Assembly (NCBI GenBank): GCA_963845755.1 | Contig: CAWJTV010000027.1 | Location: forward strand, 160,001-224,000 | Origin: an uncultured Planctomycetota bacterium | GTDB taxonomy: Bacteria > Planctomycetota > Planctomycetia > Isosphaerales > Isosphaeraceae | Length of the DNA: 64,000 bases | Direction of reading: 5' to 3' | Shown: piece after piece, positions 1-10,107 of the stretch | How the letters are laid out: every line of letters begins with the position of its first letter | Numbering within the stretch: position 1 is the stretch's first letter | Made by a program: the position numbers and the translations under genes | Notes under the pieces: model-generated | Told to the model about the DNA's origin: nothing | The model's input: only the letters and a program-made list of their open reading frames with translations | Databases searched by the model: none

Positions 1-727
1 ACGTCGTCCACTCGGTCAACTTCGGCCCCGTCGCCTTGGACACGCCGAAGTCGATGACCTTGGCCACCGGCTCATCATCGTATAAGGTCACCAACACGTT
101 CGAAGGCTTGAGATCGCGGTGAATGATCCCCTTCTGGTGGGCATGCTGCACCGCGTGACAGACGGAGAGGAACAGTTCCAGCCGCTTCCGCGGGGTCAGC
201 TCCTGGCCATCGCAATACCGCGTGATCGGGACGCCCCTGACCAGTTCCATGACGAAGTAGGGCCGACCGCTCTCCGTGGTCCCGGCATCGTGAATCCTGG
301 CGATGTTCGGGTGGTCCATGATCGCCATGGCCCGCCATTCCGCGGCAAATCGGCCGATCGCCTGACGGCTCTCCAAACCGGGCTTGATGACCTTCAGCGC
401 AACGACCCGGCCCGCGGCGTGCGTCTGCTCGGCCATCCAGACGGTCCCCATGCCCCCCTCACCGATCTCTTGCAGCAGCTTGTACGGGCCAATGATTGCG
501 CCGGGCACCTCGGAGATGGATCGCCGGTTGATCGTCGATAACGCGCGGTCCGGCGCGTCGAGCAACCCGAACGAATCCTCGTGGGCGTACAGGAGGGCTT
601 CCACGCGTTGGCGCAACCGTCGATTCTCACCGCAAGCAGCATCCAGGAAAGAAGATCGGTCGCCCACCGCCACGAGCTCGATAGCCCGGAAAAAGATCGA
701 TCGCTCGTCGCGCATGGAGTCGGACAT
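1..727 (-). CDS. Ser/Thr protein kinase, N-terminal part (runs off the window edge)
   Basis: Manual translation gives MSDSMRDERSIFFRAIE..., IGEGGMGTVWMAEQ, VALKVIKPG, DHPNIARIHDAG, HQKGIIHRDLKPSNVLV and KVIDFGVSK. Confidence 0.93.
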   Translation of the reverse strand, partial: MSDSMRDERSIFFRAIELVAVGDRSSFLDAACGENRRLRQRVEALLYAHEDSFGLLDAPDRALSTINRRSISEVPGAIIGPYKLLQEIGEGGMGTVWMAEQTHAAGRVVALKVIKPGLESRQAIGRFAAEWRAMAIMDHPNIARIHDAGTTESGRPYFVMELVRGVPITRYCDGQELTPRKRLELFLSVCHAVQHAHQKGIIHRDLKPSNVLVTLYDDEPVAKVIDFGVSKATGPKLTEWTT

Positions 728-759
728 CACAGGTTTCCCCGACACTGTCATTCTTGTGC

Positions 760-806
760 GAGAGGTAATGCGAGATCGGCGAGCCGAGCGGGCCATTTTT
801 CTCGAG
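760..806 (-). promoter_or_regulatory. Possible ECF-dependent promoter between the sigma and kinase genes
   Basis: Minus strand reads GAAAAATGGCCCG...GATCTCGCATT directly after the ECF stop; the assignment rests on position and bipartite look only. Confidence 0.3.
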
Positions 807-808
807 AA

Positions 809-1378
809 TCAGTCGTGGTCGGTCGCCGGCGCCATCTCTCTCATGAGCCAGGCCCGAGCGTACGCCCAGGATCGCTTTGCCGTACGCGGCGAAATCCTCT
901 GGTACTGGGCGACCTCCTCGATGGTCATCCCACCGAAGACGCGCAGCTTCACCAGCTCGGCCGTTTGTTCATCAACGCCGCTCAACTTGACAAGCGCCGC
1001 GTCGAGGTCGAGCACGTCGTCACCGACCGGCTCGGTCGCTCGGTCACCGATCCCGAGTTCGCAACGCTGCCATTTCCCACCATGGCGCTGGCTGCTTTTT
1101 CGACGTGCCAGTTCCACGAGAATGCGCCGCATGGCCTCCGCAGCCGCCGCGAAGAAATGACCTCGGCTATCCCAGCAACCCCCTTTCTCCTCGCCGACCA
1201 GTCGCAGGTACGCTTCGTGGACCAGCGCCGTCGGCTGGAGCGTCTGGCCGGGTTTCTCTCGTGCCAGCTTCTGGGCCGCCAACCTCCGTAGCTCGTCGTA
1301 AACCAGGGGCAACAGCTCTTCGGGGGTTCTGGGATCGTCATCTTCGATCGCGGCCAGGATTCGTGTGACCTCATTCAT
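809..1378 (-). CDS. ECF sigma factor, TIGR02999-like planctomycete family
   Basis: MNEVTRIL...LLPLVYDELRRLAAQKL...QTLQPTALVHEAYLRL...ISPRTAKRSWAYARAWL; directly upstream of the kinase. Confidence 0.93.
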   Translation of the reverse strand: MNEVTRILAAIEDDDPRTPEELLPLVYDELRRLAAQKLAREKPGQTLQPTALVHEAYLRLVGEEKGGCWDSRGHFFAAAAEAMRRILVELARRKSSQRHGGKWQRCELGIGDRATEPVGDDVLDLDAALVKLSGVDEQTAELVKLRVFGGMTIEEVAQYQRISPRTAKRSWAYARAWLMREMAPATDHD

Positions 1379-1690
1379 GGTGGAATGTCGCCATGGATTG
1401 TACAGTGTAACAGGAACTAACGCGATCATGAGTGGACGTTCGACGACTGATTCCAGAGATCTCTAGCTAGTTCTACCGCGGCAGGGTTTTTTCGTGTCTC
1501 TCGGCATCTTGAGACAACCCAAACGCTGGGAGACATCGCGGGAAGAAACCACGGCTCGTAAGAGATGGATCGTGGAAGCCGTCGATAACCCGAAGTGGCC
1601 GTTCAGAACTCGGAGTGCGAAGGGGTCTCCGGCGGATGATCGATGGAGTGCTTGGTCGCTTCAGCTTAAAGACGATCACATGATATCAGA

Positions 1691-2602
1691 TTAAGGTTGC
1701 GATCGAGGATGCGCAGGGTTATGGCCAGCGAGTTGAGCCGGGTCGCGGCATCGTCCGCGCAGCGACATGAAGACGACGGGAGCGGAGGTCCCTTTCAAGA
1801 CGCCGCCGAAGCGGCAGTCCGCGGTGTACATGATCGCCTTGACGGTGAGATTCGCCGAGAGGAGGTTGGGGAAGATCATGACGTCGGCGGCCCCGACGAC
1901 CGAGCCCTCGATCCGTTTCCGGGCGCCGGCTTCGACGGCGTAGGCCAGGTCGAAGGAGAGCGGGCCTGCGATCGAGCAGTCGCCGAACTCGCCCTGCTGG
2001 TTGCGGCGGGTCAGCTCGGCGGCCTCGACGGTTTCCGGCATGGTGTCTTTGACCGTCTCGGTTGCCGCCAACATCGCGACCTTCGGCATCGACGCCCCCA
2101 GGGCCTGCGCGACGGTCACCGCTGCACGGAGAATGTCGATGCGACTCTTCAAGTTCGGAGCGACGCAGATGCCCGTGTCCGCCAGGAGGAACCGGCGATC
2201 GTCGCGCGGGATCTCCATCAGGACGACCTGGCAGACGACGCGACCGGTCCGCAGCCCGGTCGAGGGATCGAGTACCGCTCCCATCAAGGTGGGCGTCGCG
2301 ATCTGACCCTTCATCAGTGCGCGGGCGTTGCCGGCCCGGACTTCAGCGACCGCGGCTTCGGCGATGGCGTTCGCTTCGGCATGACGGATCGCGAACCCCT
2401 CGAGAGAGATCCCCTGCGACGCGGCGAGAGCGCGAATCGTCGGCTCAGGGCCGACCAGGATTGGCCGGACCCAGCCCCGATCCGTGGCGATCCGGAGCGC
2501 TTCCAGCACGGTGGGATCATCGCCACCGGCCGCGGCCACGCGAATCGGCTCGGTCCGGGCATCGGCGTCGTGATACAGGCCATCGAATCCGTCGAGTGGC
2601 AT
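1691..2602 (-). CDS. ptb: Phosphate butyryl/acetyltransferase (PTA_PTB family); indel near the C-terminus
   Basis: ALMKGQIAT, LLADTGI, GPLSFDLA and PNLLSANLTVK; correcting the frame gives VVFMSRADDAATRLNSLA. Confidence 0.8.
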   Translation of the reverse strand: MPLDGFDGLYHDADARTEPIRVAAAGGDDPTVLEALRIATDRGWVRPILVGPEPTIRALAASQGISLEGFAIRHAEANAIAEAAVAEVRAGNARALMKGQIATPTLMGAVLDPSTGLRTGRVVCQVVLMEIPRDDRRFLLADTGICVAPNLKSRIDILRAAVTVAQALGASMPKVAMLAATETVKDTMPETVEAAELTRRNQQGEFGDCSIAGPLSFDLAYAVEAGARKRIEGSVVGAADVMIFPNLLSANLTVKAIMYTADCRFGGVLKGTSAPVVFMSLRGRCRDPAQLAGHNPAHPRSQP

Positions 2603-2606
2603 GGGA

Positions 2607-3380
2607 TCAGCTCCCCGACCACTGGGGATGACGCTTCTCCAGAAACGCCGAGATCCCTTCCTGGGCGTCGTGATAGAGCGCGTTCTCGGTCATGATCGGC
2701 ACGGCCCGGTCATAGGCGTCGGGTTCGTCGAGGCGCTGGGTCTCATAGAATGCCTTCTTCCCGGTCCGGATGACCAGCGGACTCATGGCAAGGATCGTGT
2801 CGGTCAAGGACTTGATCTCGAGATCCAGGTCCACATTCGGTACGACGCGGTTGACCAGTCCCAGGTCGAGCGCGCGGCGGGCCGTGATCGGCTCGCCAGT
2901 CAGGAGCATCTCCATCGCGGGCTTGGCCGGAATGGCTCGCACCAGCGGGACCATGGGCGTGGTGCAGAACAGCCCGATCTTCACGCCGGGCGTGGCGAAC
3001 GTCGCCTCATCGCCCGCGACAGCCAAGTCACAGGCGGCGACGAGCTGGCACCCGGCCGCCGTGGCGACGCCTTGGACTCGAGCAATCACCGGCTGCGGCA
3101 ACCGCCGCAATCCCAGCATCATCCGCGAGCAGAGCGCAAAGAGCTCGCGATACTCGTCCTCGGACCGACCGACCATCTCTCTCAGGTCGTGACCCGAGCA
3201 GAAGACCGGCCCGCGCACGCCCAGCACGACCACCCGGGATGAGGTGTCATCCGCGATGGTTTCGATCGCCTGCTCCAGCCGATTCAGCAGCTCGGTCGAG
3301 AGCGCGTTCCGCTTCTCGGGGCGGTTAAGTGTCAACCGGACGATGCCTCGGTCGGATTCGATAAGCAAGATGTCGGTCAT
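2607..3380 (-). CDS. Enoyl-CoA hydratase/isomerase
   Basis: [52 protein letters not shown] and [13 protein letters not shown]. Confidence 0.92.
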   Translation of the reverse strand: MTDILLIESDRGIVRLTLNRPEKRNALSTELLNRLEQAIETIADDTSSRVVVLGVRGPVFCSGHDLREMVGRSEDEYRELFALCSRMMLGLRRLPQPVIARVQGVATAAGCQLVAACDLAVAGDEATFATPGVKIGLFCTTPMVPLVRAIPAKPAMEMLLTGEPITARRALDLGLVNRVVPNVDLDLEIKSLTDTILAMSPLVIRTGKKAFYETQRLDEPDAYDRAVPIMTENALYHDAQEGISAFLEKRHPQWSGS

Positions 3381-3452
3381 GAGATCGTCTGTTTTTCTTG
3401 TCGAGTGGGTAAAATCCACGAAGATTAAAGCAAAACGTCCAATGTTCGCGGC

Positions 3453-3920
3453 CTACCTCCGCAACGCCTCCGCTATGACATAGAGGGCCGGCGGCGGGGA
3501 CCTGTAATTCCGGAACATCGCCGGACAGATCCAGCCCTCAATCGGCGGGTCATCGAGCTCGTAATTATTGCCGCCGGAATCGCCGCGCAACCAGGTCAGC
3601 CTCTTTTGATGACCGGGGAACGGCATTGCGGAGAAAAGAAGTCGGAACACGTCCTTCGAGTCGGGGATCTCCTTGACGAGCACGTCGATCATCTCGGGAA
3701 CGCCCGCGACGAACGGCTCGCGCTTCAGGTTGACCTCCGGATCGTCGAAGACCCACGTGCCGTTGTACCAGTACGGCGCGATGACCATGATCGCGTTGGC
3801 CGGCGGCCTGGCGCGACCCATCGCCCAGATGGTGATCTGCCAGGCCACGACGCAACCGGCGGCAGTCAGGGCGATGGCGGCAAGGAGCTTCCAGTGGGTT
3901 CTTGGCGTCCGGTCGGACAT
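3453..3920 (-). CDS. Membrane-anchored DUF6717-like protein
   Basis: N-terminal hydrophobic helix, then NAIMVIAPYWYNGTWVFDD...REPFVAGVPEMID...EGWICPAM. Confidence 0.65.
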   Translation of the reverse strand: MSDRTPRTHWKLLAAIALTAAGCVVAWQITIWAMGRARPPANAIMVIAPYWYNGTWVFDDPEVNLKREPFVAGVPEMIDVLVKEIPDSKDVFRLLFSAMPFPGHQKRLTWLRGDSGGNNYELDDPPIEGWICPAMFRNYRSPPPALYVIAEALRR

Positions 3921-4158
3921 GGCACGCCCCCTCGGACCATCGCGGCCGGCATCCGACGTCCCATCCGGCCCGTGACCGACGTGATCCGAATGAAGGATAG
4001 GAGTCCGGTCCGGCGAATCTCGTTTCAGGATACTCGAAGCGACGATCGATGTCACGGGTTGGCGCCCCAGGTTATCCTTTCGGAACCGAGGCCGGTGGAT
4101 TACCATAGCTGCCGTCGACGTACCCACGGGCCATCCGAGTATGCCTTGATCGGAGGAG

Positions 4159-5121
4159 GTGAAGATGAGAACGCGACCGCTCTCGCGGCGTGACTTTCTG
4201 CGAGTTACAGGCGTGGCCGGCCTTGCGGGCATCGCTCGCGGGGCGAACGGATCCGCGAGCGCGAAGCGGGCGATGACGATGGACCTCGTCTGCGGGAATC
4301 TCGGCGTGAAGGCCGACCTGCCGACGGCCATCGCGTTGGCCCACAGCCATGGGTTCGAGTCGGTGGCGCCGGACTCCGGGCATCTCGGGCGGCTGTCTGA
4401 TGGCCAGGTCTCCGAACTCCTGGGCGAATTGAAGGCCAAGCGCTTGACCTGGGGCGCCGCTGGTCTCCCCGTCGAGTTCCGCGGTGAGGACTCGGCCTTT
4501 CGAACGGGGATGGTCGAGATGCCCGCGTTTGCCTCGGCGTTGAAGCGTGCCGGGGCGGCCCGCGTCGGTACCTGGCTACGGCCTGGACACGACCGGCTCA
4601 CCTACATGGCCAACTTCCGGCAGCACGCCCGTCGGCTCCGCGAGGTGGCGGCCTTGCTGGGCGATCATGGGCTGCGCCTGGGGTTGGAGTATGTCGGGCC
4701 GCGGACGTCCTGGGTGCCATCTCGACACCCATTTATTCACACGCTCGCCGAGACCCGCGAACTGATCGCCGAGATCGGCCGTGACAATGTCGGGCTGGTC
4801 CTCGACAGTTGGCACTGGTACACCGCGGGCGAGACCGCCGAGGATCTCCGTGGCTTGGCCAACCGTGACGTGGTCGCCTGCGACCTGAACAACGCGCCGA
4901 GGTCCGTCCCGGTGGACCAACAACGGGATGGCGTACGCGAGCTGCCGTGCGCGACCGGGGTGATCGACCTGCGGGCGTTCCTGAAGGCGCTGGCGACGAT
5001 GGGCTACGACGGCCCGGTGCGGGCGGAGCCGTTCAACGCCACGCTCCGGACCTTGCCAGCCGAGACAGCGGTCGCCACGACGGCGCGAGCGATGAGGCAG
5101 GCGTTCTCGCTGATCGACTGA
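4159..5121 (+). CDS. Tat-exported sugar phosphate isomerase/epimerase (xylose-isomerase-like TIM barrel)
   Basis: SRRDFL Tat motif; LGLEYVGP, LVLDSWHW and GYDGPVRAEPF. Confidence 0.88.
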   Translation: MKMRTRPLSRRDFLRVTGVAGLAGIARGANGSASAKRAMTMDLVCGNLGVKADLPTAIALAHSHGFESVAPDSGHLGRLSDGQVSELLGELKAKRLTWGAAGLPVEFRGEDSAFRTGMVEMPAFASALKRAGAARVGTWLRPGHDRLTYMANFRQHARRLREVAALLGDHGLRLGLEYVGPRTSWVPSRHPFIHTLAETRELIAEIGRDNVGLVLDSWHWYTAGETAEDLRGLANRDVVACDLNNAPRSVPVDQQRDGVRELPCATGVIDLRAFLKALATMGYDGPVRAEPFNATLRTLPAETAVATTARAMRQAFSLID

Positions 5122-5169
5122 GCGTCGGAGAGAAGGCCCCTGGCTCCATTGGTTCTCTGGGGAGGTGGC

Positions 5170-6350
5170 ATGACGAAGCCGATGCGTGACCTCTGCGAAA
5201 CTCTCGACGACCTTGCGTTGATCCAGGACGAACTTCGAGCGAATGAGAACTGCTGGCTGCTCGACACGAGCCGTCAGGACAAGATCGCCTGTCAACGCGA
5301 CACGCAAACGATCTTCTTGAGGGTCGCGGCGACCGCACAGGCCCCGGGAATTCCCAACGCGTCGATCCACGCGTCCCGCGACTCGAAGGTCTCCAGCAGA
5401 TTCCCTCGGACGATGGCCTGGCTCGGCAGTTTCTCGACCCAGTTGGAGGGCGAGCTGGGGCGAGCCATGTTCGTCCGGCTGCGGCCCCGCGGCCAGATCT
5501 ACCGCCACATCGACCGGGGAGACTACTACCACGTCCGCCATCGTTTCCACGTGATACTGAACTCTCCGGAGGGGTGCTGGCTGGAGTGCGGCGACGAGCG
5601 CTGGACGCCGCGCACCGGGCAAATCCTCTGGTTCGATAACAAGTGCCCGTACGAAGAAGGGAACCCGAGCGGCGAGTGGTCCGTCCGGATGATCGTCAAC
5701 ATCTTCCCACCGGTGCGACCTCCGATCCCGTCCCCGTTCAAGAACTTCGCCCTGATGAAGGCGGGAATCGAAGTCGGACCGATGCTGGAAGAAATCGACG
5801 GCCAACCCCAACTTTGGGACGCCGACACAAGCCGGCAGACCAAAATCCAGGTACAACGTGAGACTAGCAACATCCCGCTTCGTGGGGCCTTGAAGCCGAT
5901 TCCGGACGGTGTCAACCCGATCAACTGGCACCCGAGTCGCCGCACGCCTCATGCTGATCGTTGCCCCCAGATCTATTCGTGGGTCGAGCAATTCGTGAAC
6001 GAGCTGGGGGGTGATCTGAGTCGGATCAGCGTCGTTCGTCTCAACCCTCACAGTCGGGTTTATCCACACATCGACCAGGGAGAGTACTACAAGGTCCGCG
6101 ACCGTTACCACCTCGTCCTCCGCAGTCCCGGGGGGAGCACGATGAACTCCGGCGGCGAGGAGGTCGTCTTCCGCGACGGGGAACTTTGGTGGTTCAACAA
6201 CAAAGCCGTTCACGACGCCTTTAACCCGTCCGCCGAGGGGCGGATTCACGTCATTTTCGACGTGCTGCCCTCGAGGCCGACGGCGGGGTTCTGGCCCGGT
6301 CTCGAGCCACTCTCGCTGGAGAGCGTCTCGGAGGCAGCCTTCGGAAACGA
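5170..6350 (+). CDS. Two tandem Asp/Asn beta-hydroxylase-like 2OG-Fe(II) oxygenase domains; probably the N-terminal part of a fusion continuing to 8027
   Basis: Two homologous units: IYRHIDRGDYY...WFDNK and VYPHIDQGEYY...RYHLVL...WWFNNKAVHDAFN...RIHVIFD. The ORF tail after ~6350 reads off-frame. Confidence 0.8.
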
Positions 6351-6379
6351 CGCTGGTGGTACTCGACACCCGGCGCACT

Positions 6380-8027
6380 GTCGTCGGCCGTCCGTGCGAT
6401 CCTGGCCGGCGCCACGCCCGCGGCCGAATCGTCGTCGCTCCTGGGGCCGGGAACTGGAACAGTTCAGGTGGAGCTCCGCCGCTCGGGGAGTTTGGTGGGG
6501 TCTGCATGGTCGAAAGGCTCGAGTTATTGGGACGGTCTCTGCCAGGCGCTGGGCACTCTGCGACAGCAACAGAGCACGACCACGGCCAACGAGCTCATGC
6601 TCTCTCTGGGTGGCGAGTCCCGCGAACTGCCCCTCGCGGACCAGGCCGTATGGGAACGACTGGAATCCAAATGCAGGCGCGGCCTCTTCGGTTATGAGGT
6701 CCGCCTCGTTCGCGATCTCACCCGCGTCATCCTGATCTCTCCGTTCGATTTCGTGGCCAGCAACCGTTCGTTCAGCAAGATGCTCGTCCATTCGATGGAA
6801 CCCTGGGGCTTGACCGTGGAAGCCGCCCGAGCGGGGAGTATCACGCTCAGCGAATTTGAAACCCGGCGCTTCCGTATCGACCTTCTACGAGACGACGCTC
6901 CTGTGGTGCCGCTCGTCCGCGGGACCCGGCTGGTCCGACTCGAGGAGATCACGCTCGCGTCCCTGACAACACTTCAAAGACTCCTCAGCGATTTTCTCGT
7001 CCGCTCAGTACAGGCCGACGGGCGGATGGTTTACCTGTACCACCCGAGCCGCGGCTCGGAAGACCAGACCCGCAACAACGCCATCCGGCAATGGATGGCC
7101 ACTCGCTCACTCATCCGCGTTTGGCAGCAGCGCGGAACGGACGAACTGCTCCAGACCGTCCGCAAGAACATCGACTACAACCTGAAGACCATGTATGTCG
7201 AAGAGGGAGAGATTGGACTGATTCTCGATCAGAACAAGGTCAAGCTGGGCGCCCTCGCCCTGGCCGCCCTGGCGCTGACCGAGTCACCCTTCGCCGATGA
7301 GTATGCGTCGGTCCGCGACCGGCTCGCAACGACCATCCAATTGCTCTGGGACCATGACGGTGCATTCCGCACCTTTTACCGACCTTCCGAGCGCAACGAT
7401 TGCCAGAACTTCTACCCCGGCGAGGCGTTACTATTCTGGGCGAAGCGAATCGTCGCCACGGGTGATCCGGCTCTCCTCGCAAGATTTCAACAGTCATTCG
7501 AGTACTATCGCGCCTGGCATCTGGAGAATCGGAACCCGGCTTTCATCCCCTGGCACACTCAGGCGTATTACCTCGTCTGGGAATTGACTGGCGATGGCGA
7601 GTTCGCGGACGTCGTGTTCGCGATGAACGATTGGCTGCTGGGTGTTCAACAGTGGGAATCGGCACCCCACCCGGATTGCCAGGGCCGCTTCTACGACCCG
7701 AACCGACCCTTTGGCCCCCCGCATGCATCGTCCACGGCCGTTTACCTGGAAGGGCTTGCCGACGCCTTTGCGCTGGGCCGAGCAGTGGGCAAGCACGACC
7801 GTGCGGACACCTACCGAACGGCAATCCTTCGCGGTCTTCGGAGTCTTTCACAGCTCACCTTCAAGGACGACGTGGATATGTTCTACATCGCGAAGCGGAA
7901 GGCGGTCTGCGGCGGAGTTCAGACGTCGGAATACGACAATGCTGTCCGAATCGACAACGTCCAGCACGCGCTCACCGCGATCGACAAGATTCTCAAGGCT
8001 TTTTCTGCGGAGGATTATTCCGTGTGA
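6380..8027 (+). CDS. Alpha/alpha-toroid (six-hairpin-like) domain protein
   Basis: DGRMVYLYHP, NNAIRQWMAT, KLGALALA, NFYPGEALL, PAFIPWHTQA and VRIDNVQH. The frame is open upstream of the called start (LSSAVRAILAG...). Confidence 0.6.
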
Positions 8028-10107
8028 CGAGGTTGGCGATGAGCGAAAAGCGAGGGTACGGTTTCAACATCAACGCAGGAGCGTGATTGATCGGAGCGGA
8101 TTGTCGATGCCCTGAACCGGCGGAGGCGAGGAGCGCATCAACTGCCCCGACTTCGAGGTTGCCAGGCGACATTTCGTGAGATGACGCCAAGGCAACATTG
8201 TTATCAAGCCGGACCACGGCACGTCCTTCGTTGGCGGAGGTGTCGATCCGGTAAGCACCGACACCCGTCCCATCAGGATTGTCGATTGTCACCAAGGCGT
8301 CTTTCGCGGGATCGATCCCCTGACCAGGGTCCTCGTCGTTGACCTGGTCCGTGGCAACCGGAACGTTGTGGTCGAATGTGACCAGGGCCACGCTACGGAT
8401 CTCCGTTCCTGTCGGCAGGTCCGGCTCGGGCGAGATGAGATAGCTGACCGATCCTTCTCCCTGCCCTGTGCCGTTCTCGGGCGGCAAGAAGCCCGTGTGC
8501 CCGCCAGGAGTCCGCAATGTCAGAGGATCGATCGACTGGAACGTGACCAACAATTGCCTCGTCTGGAAGTTGAGGTCGGCCTGGACGGCCACATCGAGGC
8601 TGTTCCCATCAGCAGTCATCGTTACCGTGGTCCCGAAATCCTGGGCCCCGGGCTGCATCTTCAGAACAACGTCGCCAAACGAAATCGCGCTCAACTGGAA
8701 GGTTCTCAGGTCCAAATTCGGATCGAGCGTCTCGGTGACGACCACGTGTTTCGCAGGCGCTGTTGCCGTCGGTGCGTTTTGGAAGTCGACCTGGTAGGGG
8801 AGAACCGCAGAGCCTGAGACCACATTCAGCGGCCCGTGGCCAGCGGGACCGATCATGTCGTTGGGATCAAAATCCCCGTCCCCATCGCCATCGCCATCGC
8901 CGCCAACATCCCCGTCCCCGTCCCCATCGCCATCGCCGCCAACATCCCCGTCCCCATCGCCATCGCCATCGCCGCCAACATCGCCATCGCCGTCCCCGTC
9001 CCCATCGCCATCGCCGCCAACGTCGCCATCGCCGTCTCCGTCGCCATCGCCGTCCCCATCGCCATCACCGTCGCCATCGCCATCGCCGTCCCCGTCTCCG
9101 TCGCCATTGCCTCCGACATCGATAATCTCTGAGAAGTCGCAGGTGCTGAAGTCGGTGCTGTCCGTGGGAATGAATGTGACTGTTAGCGTCTGGTTACTGC
9201 CGGGTGGGAGGATCGTACCCAGGATGGGCGAGTAGATGAAGATACCCGGCACGATCACCCTTCGCCCGCCAATGCTGTAAGAGGCCGAGGCATCCAACTG
9301 CGAGTCGCTTAGCTCGGTACCCGGTGTGATCGGTGTAGGCTTGGGCCAGGTGATCGTCGGGGTCGCCGGTAGCACATAGAGCGTCGTGGATGAATCGACC
9401 GTCGTATAGTCGATCGTATCGCTAGGCGTGAAGGTGACTGATAGCTCCTGGATGCCCGACGTGAGGAGCGTGCCCGAGGGGAGCGAGTAGGTGAACGTAC
9501 CGGGCACGGTAGCGGTGGCATCCAACTGGGCGGGTCCCAGCACGGCGCCGTAGGTGATGGGCGACGAGTAGGGCCAGATGATCGTCGGAGGTGGAAGGAG
9601 GCCGCCCGATGCCTGGAACATCTGTTGCACTTGCGCACGGCTCTCGCCCAAACCCAGTAACCCCTGCCAGTAGGACTGGCCTACGGCGGTTGGCGCATGA
9701 CCGGCGATCGTAACGTACAGGGAACTTACGAACTTCTGATCGCTGATCTTCTTGCCCGACTTCGACACGATGTCCGTGAAATTGCGCTTGAAGGCGGCGT
9801 GACTCACACCGCTTCCCAGCAACTGGAGTGCGTAACTGAGCTCGGTCGAATTCGGAGCCCGGTGCAAGTACTTTTCGTAGAGGTGGTCCGCGAACTTGAT
9901 CTGCTTATTGGTTCTGGCGGCCTCGGGCGTATGGATCTCGTGGTCGGCAGCCACGGGTTGCACCGACTCGATGAATGCCTTGTCCGTTCCCTGACCGGAG
10001 AGCAGCCGTCGCCTTTCGAGTTCGATAATCAGCGGCGTTGTTCTTCGGGGAGGACTGCGCAGGCCGTGAAACGTCGCCAGGAAGGATTCCTTGAATAGGC
10101 GGAGCAT
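7993..10107 (-). CDS. Secreted planctomycete surface protein: LERRRLLS leader, DUF4214-like helical domain, two Ig-like repeats, (GD)n tract and C-terminal beta domain
   Basis: ELERRRLLS; LYEKYLHRAP...YW; two PTI[IT]WP...PIT.G..L...QLDA units; DFDPNDMIGPAG...YQVDFQNAPTATAPA. Confidence 0.8.
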   Translation of the reverse strand: MLRLFKESFLATFHGLRSPPRRTTPLIIELERRRLLSGQGTDKAFIESVQPVAADHEIHTPEAARTNKQIKFADHLYEKYLHRAPNSTELSYALQLLGSGVSHAAFKRNFTDIVSKSGKKISDQKFVSSLYVTIAGHAPTAVGQSYWQGLLGLGESRAQVQQMFQASGGLLPPPTIIWPYSSPITYGAVLGPAQLDATATVPGTFTYSLPSGTLLTSGIQELSVTFTPSDTIDYTTVDSSTTLYVLPATPTITWPKPTPITPGTELSDSQLDASASYSIGGRRVIVPGIFIYSPILGTILPPGSNQTLTVTFIPTDSTDFSTCDFSEIIDVGGNGDGDGDGDGDGDGDGDGDGDGDGDGDGDVGGDGDGDGDGDGDVGGDGDGDGDGDVGGDGDGDGDGDVGGDGDGDGDGDFDPNDMIGPAGHGPLNVVSGSAVLPYQVDFQNAPTATAPAKHVVVTETLDPNLDLRTFQLSAISFGDVVLKMQPGAQDFGTTVTMTADGNSLDVAVQADLNFQTRQLLVTFQSIDPLTLRTPGGHTGFLPPENGTGQGEGSVSYLISPEPDLPTGTEIRSVALVTFDHNVPVATDQVNDEDPGQGIDPAKDALVTIDNPDGTGVGAYRIDTSANEGRAVVRLDNNVALASSHEMSPGNLEVGAVDALLASAGSGHRQSAPINHAPALMLKPYPRFSLIANLVTRNNPPQKKP
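8872..9118. repeat. Hexamer tandem repeat (CCATCG/CCGTCC variants) with 36-42 bp higher-order units, encoding (GD)n punctuated by DVGG
   Basis: Directly visible; about 80 codons with five DVGG motifs. Confidence 0.95.

Noticed and set aside
4576..6507. Long antisense ORFs (also 26318-28696, 56210-58012 and others)
   Set aside because: They are shadow ORFs of GC-rich genes that have clear motifs on the opposite strand.
8836..9235. (SP)n, (IA)n, (MA)n and (HR)n repeat ORFs
   Set aside because: They are antisense or alternative-frame readings of the GD hexamer repeat within the 704-aa gene.
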